Shown: piece after piece, positions 1-10,900 of the stretch
Position numbering within the stretch: position 1 is the first letter of the stretch
How the letters are laid out: every line of letters starts with the position of its first letter
Origin: Lytechinus pictus
Lineage: Eukaryota
DNA: 64,000 nt
Assembly: GCF_037042905.1 (NCBI RefSeq)
Contig: NC_087248.1
Coordinates: 11,470,001 to 11,534,000, forward strand
Reading direction: 5' to 3'
The notes under the pieces: model-generated
What the model was told of the DNA's origin: nothing
What the model saw: only the letters and a program-made list of their open reading frames with translations
The model's database searches: none
Position numbers and translations under genes: made by a program

Positions 1-238
1 AACTAAACTGGTCAGAAGCAATAACGCTAGATCCTACTCCACATTTTGGAAAAATATCTTTTGTTAACAATTCTATGATCTAACAGTGGGAAATTAGGAG
101 AGCTCGAGAGGTTGGTAAATCAAGGCCCCTACTCTAATTTCTAAAACAAACATGAAGTTGAACCCCTATATTTTGGTCATATCTTTCTGATACAGTCTTT
201 ACAGACTCTGGGTTGTGGCTTAACTGTTAGGCTGTACT

Positions 239-678
239 TAGACCAAAAGCTTCGGTCTCTGTTATGTTGGTTGTTCAGCTGAACTCCGTTGGATTCACTC
301 ACCAAATACAGAGACCGAAGTTCTAGCGCGATTTTTCAGGGGACTCAATGGCCATATGTTTATGCATTAAGTTTGGATAAAACAGGGAATTTAAGTTGCG
401 CGACAGTCGAGGTAAGTTACTATTCTTGTTCCTTTTAACTTTATTTTTCCCCGTTTTTGGCAATTAATGCCAAGAGGGAATAACTTGCATTTCGGTCACG
501 TTAATTTTCAAAAGTTTGATTCATTAAAGACAAAAATTGAAGAGCCCCGACGGGGGGATTTTGCCTTGTAAGTCCCCTATTGGTGGCTGCACGATAGCGA
601 GCCGTCTGTGTACGAGGAGAAATTAAAAAATAAAAAATGTTTAAAAACTCCTCGAAACAGACGGCTGCCAGCTGTCTA
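239..678. mobile_element. Non-autonomous DNA transposon, ~440 bp, TAGAC...GTCTA ends, 9 bp TSD
   Basis: Flanked by GGCTGTACT at 230-238 and 679-687. A highly similar copy lies in inverted orientation at 9467-9912. Confidence 0.85.
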
Positions 679-897
679 GGCTGTACTTTACTTAACCTGT
701 AACTGTTAACGACGTTAACATTATGGGTACAATTTGACATTTCAATTTTCATTCTCAGTCTCACTCACAAAAGTCACATCATTCATTGACAGCATAATTA
801 ATATTAATAACAAATTAACATCGCTAGTGTCTAGGCTAGTCTAGTCAAATGGTCTAATTCTTTGACTTTGTTTGTAAACACAAAAACATATGGCAGT

Positions 898-1518
898 GTG
901 TCCAAACTTCGCGCGTGTCCATACTTCGCGGACGGTCCTTATCTCAAAAACTAGCCAATATCCTTAAAATCTGACATCATCAACGTGAAAAGCGACCTAA
1001 AATTACCGTATAATGAAAATTTCTTTAGGATGAGTTCAGTATTCATGAAATTATTGGCAAAAGATCGGCAAATTTGTCACCGCTAGCGCCCGTTTTGAAG
1101 AAATCACAAGCATCACGATATCACCATTTTGCAAGCAGAAATCATCAAAAATGTGAGTTAAATGTGGTACTAACCGATTCCATAGCATTTTGCCATCAAT
1201 CTGATTTAATTTTTCACTTTTTGAACTTGAGTTTTTGTTTAAATCTCCACAAAAGCTTTGGTGCGCGAAGTTAGGTCACACTTTTCTGAACGGTTTTCCA
1301 GCACAGCCCGCATTCGCCGATCGGAATAGAATTTTGAGATCGCGATACCGGCGAAACCCCTTGACCTACTTTACATTTTCGTCCATGATTTTATAGTTCA
1401 CGATCTTGCCGTCAATGTGGTAACTATTTCTTGAATTGGTTTTGTATAAATTATGAATATTTTGTGAACAAAATTAAGCCTGATGAATATTTTTGAAAAG
1501 TGCGCGAAGTTTGGACAC
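898..1518. mobile_element. Probable MITE remnant bounded by 17 bp inverted repeats
   Basis: GTGTCCAAACTTCGCGC at 898 and its reverse complement at 1502-1518, with partial internal copies. No clear TSD. Confidence 0.45.
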
Positions 1519-1803
1519 CCCATCATACTATAACTGAGTGCTAAACTTTATAAGTAAATAACCTCGATCATAGTACATGTAACGTTAGATATAAAGTTTA
1601 ATTCAGTGATTCAGCCGGATTTTTTTACGTGAATGACTGGCTGGATTTTTAGAAGACACAAAAGTATTCACATGGGACCAAGATAAATAAACTGTTACAC
1701 AGCATATGGTGCGATACAGTCCAGATTTTTCCGATAAATGTAGTTGAATGAAAAACAATTCATATTTCCCATCCTCTATTTACTGAACGTCTATCATACT
1801 CAC

Positions 1804-1883
1804 TTCTGAGTAGCAGTTGTCAACTGAGCTCGCTGAAAGTCTTTAGCGAGTCGCTTTACTTCTTCCCATTCTGAGCTGGCCAT
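1804..1883 (-). CDS. UFL1: E3 UFM1-protein ligase 1, coding exon 1 (rest of gene presumably left of window)
   Basis: Minus strand reads MASSEWEEVKRLAKDFQRAQLTTATQ(K) then a GTGAGT donor. Matches the UFL1 N-terminus (human [26 protein letters not shown]). Not in the ORF track. Confidence 0.9.
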
Positions 1884-1946
1884 TTTACCGGAACGTCAGA
1901 CAGACTGACAGAGTCAAAGCTAAGGTGAATAAAGTGTGGCGAAAAA
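1884..1946. promoter_or_regulatory. Head-to-head UFL1/TIPRL spacer, putative bidirectional promoter
   Basis: Only 63 bp between divergent start codons (1883 on -, 1947 on +). Confidence 0.65.
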
Positions 1947-4900
1947 ATGGCTCAGAAAACGGAAGATGTGGCTTGTAAAAGTGGAAAGAAAACCGAAACA
2001 TTCAGCTTTGGTCCATGGACAATAACAAGTGTGAAAGCACATATATCAAAGACAGATGTAGTAACCAAGTGAGTAGCATAAAACTTTGTTTGGAGACTTT
2101 TTGAATAATGTAATCGGAACTTCGGAATGTCATTCGTTATTGATAATTAAATGTTGGACATTTCCATTACCGGTGTGTGCGATTTTTAAGCATGCATGCC
2201 GTATTGCTTAATCACGTTTCTGTGTTTCCTCCGCCTCCGGATACCGCGGATGATTTTGTCATACCTTTATACCTTTATACCTTTATACCTTTATACCGCA
2301 TCTACTGGAAAAATACAGTTGTTCCTGCAGTCAAGTTTCCAGGTCTATCTTGTTGTCTTCCTATCTTGTTGTCTTCCTAGCTTGTTGTCTTCCTAGCTTG
2401 GATAAGTTCGAAAACTGAGTCTGTGCTATTTGTGCAATGTGCTGTGCCAATTAATGTATTGGAATGAAATAGGCACTATAACTACATGTAGGTCCGATCT
2501 TATTGCGTTTATAATTTTGAATAGTATTATGTTGATTCCTTTTCCCCTCAAAGGAGGGAGGGAAGGGGCAAAGAGAAGGATAGGAAGAAGAAGGGTGAGG
2601 AGGAAGAGAGACAGACAAAACTAAATCACTGTAGCGGTCGCGCCCCTAGCTTGACCACTAGGTTGATACCTGAAGCTAGAATATAAGGAATAAGTCACTA
2701 ACCAGTATTTTCCTGGAGTGATGTCCTAGTTCCTGTCTATTCCGTGTGAGTTCAGCTTCAAATACGATGATCCAAGGGATCCAACGTCCTCCAGCGTCTA
2801 AAAGGGGTCCAGCGCCATCTCCCGGTGGAAGACCTATATGGGGGGTGGGGTGACTTACTACAACAGTCCCCCCCGTTCTATAAAACTCGGTCCCTCGAGT
2901 TTCCAACCCAAATGGACACTATCCAAACCAGACAAAGGGAGGAAAAAATTTTCCACTCCCTAGGCACCCCAACCAGGAGACCTTATCTCCCGGCTGGGCA
3001 TGAGTAAATACAAGCCCATTTCAAAATTCCCTTTGGTCTTTTATGTACACAATGCTCCTTAAAATTTGGCAAAAAGTACTTATGCAGCATTGTGCTGTCC
3101 CAAGTCTGCATTCCCAAAAATTAATTATAATTTAATACCCGTAATCAGCCATAAACAAATCCTGTGTCTTATATAAATAAAAACTCCAAAACTATCCAAA
3201 ACACTTGGCACAACTGTGCTAAAACTTGTTCAACACTTTAAACTTCAAAAAACCTGTAACATGAAAAACGTTTAAACCCGTAATAACTCTTATCAACCTA
3301 TTTATTTACACTGGAGGTAGAATTTTTGGGTCCATACCTCCCTGAGGTTCTTTAAAAAACCCATACAAAACATATAGAACAATGGTATATATATATAAAA
3401 ATATAAAACCCATACAAAAACCCATATCCCAGGAGGGTCCCCCCTTCCCAGAAAGCTCCACTTTCCCATAGCAGTGGGCTGCCGCTGGCCCTCCCCTGTC
3501 GAGGCACCATCTTACCCGGGCTGTGCAACACATAGCATTCCCGTTCGGTTGAGAGACTGGAGCACCAGTACCCAACCTAGGTCCCCCAGGTGCAGGAAGG
3601 GGGCGTCAGCGCTGCCATTATGCAAAAAGGGCCATTTAAAACACTCCCCTCCAAAGCGGACCATGAAGCATTTCCTACATGGCCTAAATATACAAAAAGA
3701 TAGACGAAAACATAGACAACGAACACAAAAGACACCAAGAGGAGGCGACCCAGCTGGTCTCCTCCTGTACAGAAAACATGTAGGGTCCTAAACGCGCTAA
3801 CCTAACCCCAAAAAATGCAAAGGGAATCAGAATCCCTTCGTAAAAAATGGAGGACAAAGTTCCTCCATTCCCCTTTCCTACCCTCACTACACCCCATAGA
3901 GCGCCAGATGATTAATCCGAGCACGCTCCATGAGGGTGAGGAAACCTATGCGCCTAGCTGAGGCGACAAGTTCTCCCACCTCCCCGATGTATGCAGGGGT
4001 CAAACATCTGACCCCCCTACGGGAAGATATGGAGAATCAGTCTCCAGCAATAACTTGGAGAGAGGAACCTTCCTCAATGCGTCCAGCTGCTCCCCGGTGA
4101 AATGTTTCACCTTGCAGCCGAAGCTGAAGTAGGTATTGGGGAAAGTTTTTCCCCAAGCCTCGACCTCTAGAGGCCCAAGAGTACAACAGTGGATATGAAC
4201 CCGCTGATGTCTGTTGGCCCTCGTCCTGGTCGCTTCTCTTACAATCCTAGAGGGGACATCGGAAGTTTTTCCGTCTTCTCCCCGCAGATGCAGTATCAGG
4301 ACTTTGCCAGTAGCCCCGATAGTACGGCTGCTTGCCTGTAATCTGGTAGAGGAAACACGATCCAGGTGAACCCATTTTTCAACAGGGAGCGATCCCGTCT
4401 CCCTTCCCTTCAATTTTTTCAGTTTCCCCCAGCACCTCAGAGCAGGTTACCTTAAGGTGCCTATCAGATGGGTTTACAACATAGAGCTCTGTCTTCCCAG
4501 CCCTGTAAACCGAACTGGGAACTAGGAGCAGTAAGCCATCCTAAGGGTTAAACATGAAATCCCCTAAACGTTGGTCTAAAATGCCGGTGATTCGCTTGAG
4601 TGCATTCGGGGGAACAATTACTCGCTTGTGCAAATGAACCCGGGCAATCTGCCGCCCAGGGTCATCACTATACCAAAGTGGAATCCTCTGACCTCCCAAC
4701 TGCATATGCGGATCTTGGAGGTGAATCGCAGCCTTGCGCTTGCTGAGGAAATCTAACCCCAGGAGCATATGATCAGCTATAGGGGCTACATATACTTCCT
4801 CCGAGAACGTCTGGTTCCCAAGCTCTATGGAAAGGGGACCGACAATTGTCCCTCTCATCTTCATATCCCGTCCCGCTGCATGTAGGATCACTTCTCTCAG

Positions 4901-7900
4901 TTTAGGGGGCTGGGGGTCTAGTGACTGCAGGAGCCTATCCGAGATGATGGACACCTCGGCTGCGGTATCTACAACTGCGCTTACTGGCTGCCCCCCTATA
5001 ACAACTGAGACCTTGAGAGTAGAGCGCGACTCCAACCTACACACCACTACCTCTTCAATCTCGCTTGCACACCCAAGCCCAGGGAGAGCATCTGGAACTG
5101 ATTCCAGAATGGCTTCACCCAGGTCTGATATTCGGGTGTTCGAGGGAACTGGATCCCTCGCCGCAGCCTCTACATAAGTAGCTATTCCGGTTACATTATT
5201 CCCTGGGACTATCAGGCGCTCTGACACGCCCTCTGTTATTCCTTCAGATGAGCCTACAGATGGCCCCTCTGGGCTGCTTGCTAGCTTGGAACCCTCTATT
5301 TGGCCTCTGGCGGTGGGGGCCGGGGGCTGGCCAGCTCCTCCGACCCGCTGGAGTTTTCCTCCTCCTGGTCCCCTACAAAGGAAACTTGTACCTTGGCCCT
5401 GTTTTCCTGGACCAAAGGACAATTGTTCCTGTAGTGGCCAATCCCGCCGCACTCATAGCACCGGTCCCGACCGGGTGACCTCCCGCGTTCACGCGCTGGT
5501 TGGGGCCTAGTCTGGATAGCCTCCAGGACCTTCTTGAGGTCCCGTTCCAAACCACCCAGACGCTGCAGATCCCGCTCGATGTGGCCCAAGCGTTCATCGG
5601 TCTTGCGTTCGAGGTTCACCAACCTTTGCTCAAGTGCTGCATTGTTCCCTTGGGGTAGTTCCACCTTACGGACCTCCCCTTCATTAGCCTTAGACACTGC
5701 CTTGGGACGCCCGTACATTGCGCGGTGCACGTGTTGGTGCCACTCAATATACTTAAGCGCCTCATTAACAGTAGATGGATTACGCGTAAGCGCATGGCAC
5801 CCCGCCTCTCGGTTGAGGGCGCCCTGGCACAAGCGAAGGACCGCCTGTCTATTCGGGTAAGGGCCATCGACCCCTGGAAATGCACGCGCCGCTAGTTGGA
5901 GTACCCGGTCGGCCCATTCCGGCAGGGACTCGGTGGGTCCCTGCTTGGCCGCCACAAACTCCAGCTGAGCAGATTCGGAAAGACCTTCCTCCCCGAACCT
6001 GTGCTGCAGCCTGGCTATCACGTCTGCATAAAGCAGATTGGGCTCTTGATCTAGGACCATTAACAGATAATCTTCTGCCTTCCCTTTCAGGCCCCAGTAT
6101 AGCTGGCTTACGCGCTCCGCGGCATTCCAATTGTGGTGATCAGCAAAGGCTGAGAACTTCCTAAAGAAAGCCCTCCAGTTACCCTTGCCGTCGAAAGTGA
6201 GGGACTTTGGCAGCGTGCAATAAGGTAACCCACCGCCAGTCCCCCTTCCCGAGGAAGCACTAGAGTTCGCCGGTGACGCCGCCGGGCTACTTGGCGGTGA
6301 AGATGAACTGTGCTGGGCTGGGCGTGTCATACCCGCCCGCACATTTCTTGCGCTGTAGTCTGGGGTAGGGGGTGGGGCTGAGGACCCCCTCCCATCTCCT
6401 ACCCTGGTCCTTATCCCCTGCCTCCCCCCCAGGGAGGGATGCCTAGCGGGGAAGTCATCACCCCCGGACCACTCGCTGGAATCACCACTTACCTGCCCGC
6501 ATCTATTCGCATGGGCCTCATTAGCCTCTTCACCTATTAGATGCCTGGGTCTGACCCTCGGCTCTACACCACCCCCCATGCCTGCCCCTCGGGTGCTTGG
6601 GGGCTGGTGCCCCCTCTCTCCCCGGAGGTGCGAAGGGCTGGCGCCCCAGGACCCACTAGACTGGCTTGCCGCAGGAGGTGGGTAATGATCATATGGGTAA
6701 GCACCCCCTGGCCCCGCCCCATTCTGGTCGGGTTCCCTGAGAGGGGTGCTCATGGTGGGGCGCCCCCTGGGAGTAATGAAAATACTAGACTCTCCCCCCT
6801 GGGTGCCCCCCGAAAAGTCCACTCGTGCGGCTAGTTCTCGATTGTTACACAGCACTGGACTGCTCTCAAAAAGCTCAGGGGTTATCTCCCCATGGTCCAG
6901 TCTGACCCCCTGAATTATCCCGGCTAGGGCTGAGCTTAGCCCTAGCGACCTAAACTCCTCAAAGGAGCACACATTAATGGGGATTTTCTCTTCCCCGTCC
7001 ATGTTGGGTTTACCCTAATTGGTGTTATCCTAGCAAGGTTAAGTTAGGCCCAATACTGAGCCCAACCAAACCCCTGTTGAAATTATCCAAAAGCTATTCT
7101 AAAACTAGGTCTCAATCTAACCCAATCTAGCTTATTAAATTCTTTCTTTTATTTTCTTTTGGCAACTAAATTACAAAAAAGGTCCAAAAGTATACCCCAA
7201 TCAGTTTATGGTTAGGCACAATAATAAGCCCGACCAAAAACCTACTTAAATTTATCCCAGAGAAGCTATCCCAAAAAATTAGGTCCAAATGCAGACCCAA
7301 TTTATTTTATAACAATTCTTTTAATTTTAGCAACTAAAATTATAAACCCGGTACAAGTCCAAAAATATACCTTTAACAGTTAATGGTTAGGCACAGTAAT
7401 TAGCCCGACCAAAACCTGCTAAAGTTATCCAAAAAAGCTATCCCAAAAAATTAGGTCCAAATGCAGACCCAATTTATTTTATAACAATTCTTTTATTTTT
7501 TAGCAACTAAAATTATAAACCCTGTATAAGTCCAAAAATATACCTTTAACAGTTAATGGTTAGGCACAGTAATTAGCCCGACCAAAAAACCTGCTAAAGT
7601 TATCCAAAAAGCTATCCCAAAAAATTAGGTCCAAAAGCGAACCCAATTTATGGTATAAAAGTCTAGCTTTTATTATTAATTAGATTAGTTTAGTCCGGCT
7701 GTTGTTAATAGTTTGCGCTAGCACTGCCAAAAAGAATGATTTTAGTTCTAAAAATATTTATATTAACCTCTAAGCCTAACTTGTCTTTTATTAATTTACC
7801 TATTTATTTTATTAATCCTCGAAGCTGGTTCTATCACACTGGAGTCCAAGTTCAGCACACACAATATTTCATGCACACCGAGTCACCCCACACTCTCTCT

Positions 7901-10900
7901 CAAATAATCTTTCTTTTTCTTTCTTTGATTTTTTTTTTTTTTTCTTTCTCTGAACTCCCCACTACAGTGAGTGGGTGGGTTCACACACTACGCCACCTAC
8001 GTCGCAAACACCCAACACTGTATATCCACACACACACTTCCTACCCCACTCGAAAGTGAACGAGTGGGGCTGCCCGTGTTCTAGATCTAATCTAGATATG
8101 CCTAACAATAAACCCAACTTCGAGGAGCAAAACAACACGCTAAAACAACCACTACACCACAAATATACTAATCGGAAAATAGTATGATTAAAATCCTACC
8201 TATTTCTGTACTTTCCACACCTTCCTCTGCTCAAATTGGTTCTCAAATCAATTTTTTCGTCCGTAAAAATGAATTGGTCGACGATTGCTCAACGATGGAG
8301 GACAAGATGGCGTCTGTGCCAGCAGTGAGGTCGGAACGTATCCCTCCGCGGCAGCCCCGCTACGTGGATCCCGCTCCGTGCCGTCTTCCGGCCCAGCCGT
8401 ACCACCCTTACCCTTCCGCACCCTGCACCCTAACACAAATAGTGCAATCACAAATCACTCACAAAACGACACCAAAATCACCAAAACAACCAAAAACACA
8501 CGTAAAAAATACAATCACACTAACTTGAAACACACAGCCACAACAAGAAACAGAAATAAATAGCAAACAACGACAACAAACACACAACTCCACGACATGT
8601 GTTCTCCTTCTCCTTTGTGGAAATTTCCGTCACGGTACCGGAACTACCATCAGTCCCCGCGACGGAAACCTCCAAAAAAGAGAGGCGACGACTATCGAAA
8701 AAATGTCCCAAGTCAAACTTACCTAGTCTAACTCGGGACACACATACACACCACCTTCCCCGATATTCACAGAATATATATATAAATCGACAGGACCCTA
8801 ATAACTGGACCCTATCTACCAAAATCACCCCAATTTCCTCCCTGATTTTACCCTCTCCAGCGGCGACCGTTTCCCCCCACGCAGCGGGGCATAGGGAATT
8901 ACACGTCCGATGCGAATACGGGGGGCCTTGCTCACCGCGAGACAATCAATCAATATCCCAATTTTAATTTTCAGAAATTGGCCTAAAATGCCCACAAAAG
9001 CAGGCACAGTCAGGCTCGCAGCGCCACTGTAGCGGTCGCGCCCCTAGCTTGACCACTAGGTTGATACCTGAAGCTAGAATATAAGGAATAAGTCACTAAC
9101 CAGTATTTTCCTGGAGTGATGTCCTAGTTCCTGTCTATTCCGTGTGAGTTCAGCTTCAAATACGATGATCCAAGGGATCCAACGTCCTCCAGCGTCTAAA
9201 AGGGGTCCAGCGCCATCTCCCGGTGGAAGACCTATATGGGGGGTGGGGTGACTTACTACAACATCACTCACTGTAGTTTTACTAATACTACTAGTAGTAG
9301 TACTAGGCCCTACTGAAAAACTAGAAGTCTAACGTTAGATTGGATTATCATTTGGATGAGGAGGAAGTAGGAAACTCTGTCTGAGGAGGAGGGAGACTTT
9401 ACATAGACTGCCAGGAGGAGCATAGTCATGGCCGATAAATCGGTCTATTTCGGTTAGGGATATGACTAGACAGCTGGCAGCCGTCTGTTTCGAGGAGTTT
9501 TTTAACTTTTTTTTTTTTTAAATTTCTCCTCGTACACAGACGGCTCGCTAGCGTGCAGCCACCATTAGGGGACTTGCAATGCAAAATCCCCCCGTCGGGG
9601 CTCTTCAATTTTTGTCTTTAATGAATAAAAATTTTGAAAATTAACGCGACCAAAATGCAAATTAATATTCCCTCTTGGCATTAATTGCCAAAAAACAGAG
9701 AAAAATCAAGTTAAAAGGAACAAAAACAGTGACTTACCTCGGCTGTCGCGCAAATTCACTTCCCCGTTTTATCTGATCTTAAGTACATAAACATATTGCC
9801 ATTGAGTCCCCTGTACAGATCGCGCTAGAACTTCGGTCTCTGTATTTGGTGAGTGAAGCCAACGGAGTTCAGCTGAACAACCAACATAACAGAGACCGAA
9901 GCTTTTGGTCTAGGATATGACTAGCCAGGCGGCTTCTAGACGACTAGAGAGTGAAACTCATTTACTAACGTAAGGTCACTCTCATACGAAGCCAGGGCTT
10001 CCGTCATATACTTGTGCGTGTACCACCAAAAAACCTGAAACTTTCGCCCCCGAGATTTCTACTTTCTTTCTAAAAGATCTAGCCCTAAATCATGTACATG
10101 AGATAAAACTTCATTTCCGACATTTCTACGCTCTCGTTGTTATTTTTGAACAAGAATTCATCAAAAAAATGAGAGAAATATTGTGTAAAGACGGAAGAGA
10201 CTTGCCCGATGTTTACGCCGCCATCTTGTTTCCTATTGTTCTTCGCCAACGTTACAGACGCGTGCGTCGGGTAACGTTGGCGAAGAACAATAGAAAACAA
10301 GATGGCGGCGTAAACATCGGGCAAGTCTCTTCCGTCTTTACACAATATTTCTCTCATTTTTTTGATGAATTCTTGTTCAAAAATAACAACGAGAGCGTAG
10401 AAATGTCGGAAATGAAGTTTTATCCCATGTACATGATTTAGGGCTAGATCTTTTAGAAAGAAAGTAGAAATCTCGGGGGCGAAAGTTTCAGGTTTTTTGG
10501 TGGTACACGCAAAAGTATATGACGGAAGCCCTGGCTTCGTATGAGAGTGACCTTACGTTAGTAAATGATTTTCACTCTCTAGAAGCCGCCTGGCTAGATA
10601 TGACTAGGCTGAGAACTCTGGCCCGGCTCTATCCCTCCTTGTCAACAGATCGATGTCTCGTAATGCCAATGGTGGAGGTTTGTCAAAAGCTAGTTAAGAC
10701 TCACCCACGGGTACATTACCGCCGCCGTGCACAGGATAACCACTGGTAGGAATTTGCAATAAGTTTATTCCTCTATTGTAAAAATTAGAAATAGGTACCT
10801 ATTTAAACAAAAAATCGCATTTTGATTGTTGTTTGCGTAATTTCCACCGCAGTATTAAGGATCGGACGGAGTGTCTTGGCTGAGATTTGGGTTAAGCGTT

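Larger units (their letters stand above)
2630..9263 (-). mobile_element. Ty3/Gypsy-like LTR retrotransposon, internally deleted (gag-pro-TatD), antisense in TIPRL intron 1
   Basis: Two 236 bp LTRs (2630-2865, 9028-9263) with TG...CA ends, identical by eye. TSD TCAC (2626-2629, 9264-9267). PBS and PPT, CCHC Gag and aspartic protease on the minus strand. Confidence 0.95.

Noticed and set aside
2261-2400. Short 8 bp (ACCTTTAT) and 16 bp (CTTGTTGTCTTCCTAG) tandem repeats
   Set aside because: Ordinary slippage minisatellites; no evidence of function.
2866-3886. Possible env-like third ORF in the retrotransposon 3' region
   Set aside because: Only short ORFs (about 105 aa or less, the longest antisense to the element) with no convincing signal peptide plus TM architecture.
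3887-4413. TatD segment as a bacterial contaminant or ordinary host TATDN gene
   Set aside because: It is enclosed by LTRs with a TSD inside a spliced host gene, co-oriented with gag-pro and intronless.
7736-9007. Several 60-140 aa ORFs in the element leader
   Set aside because: Low-complexity, overlapping on both strands, no domain signal.
10085-10441. Twin 90 aa ORFs on opposite strands
   Set aside because: Mirror products of the palindromic element; no recognisable domain.
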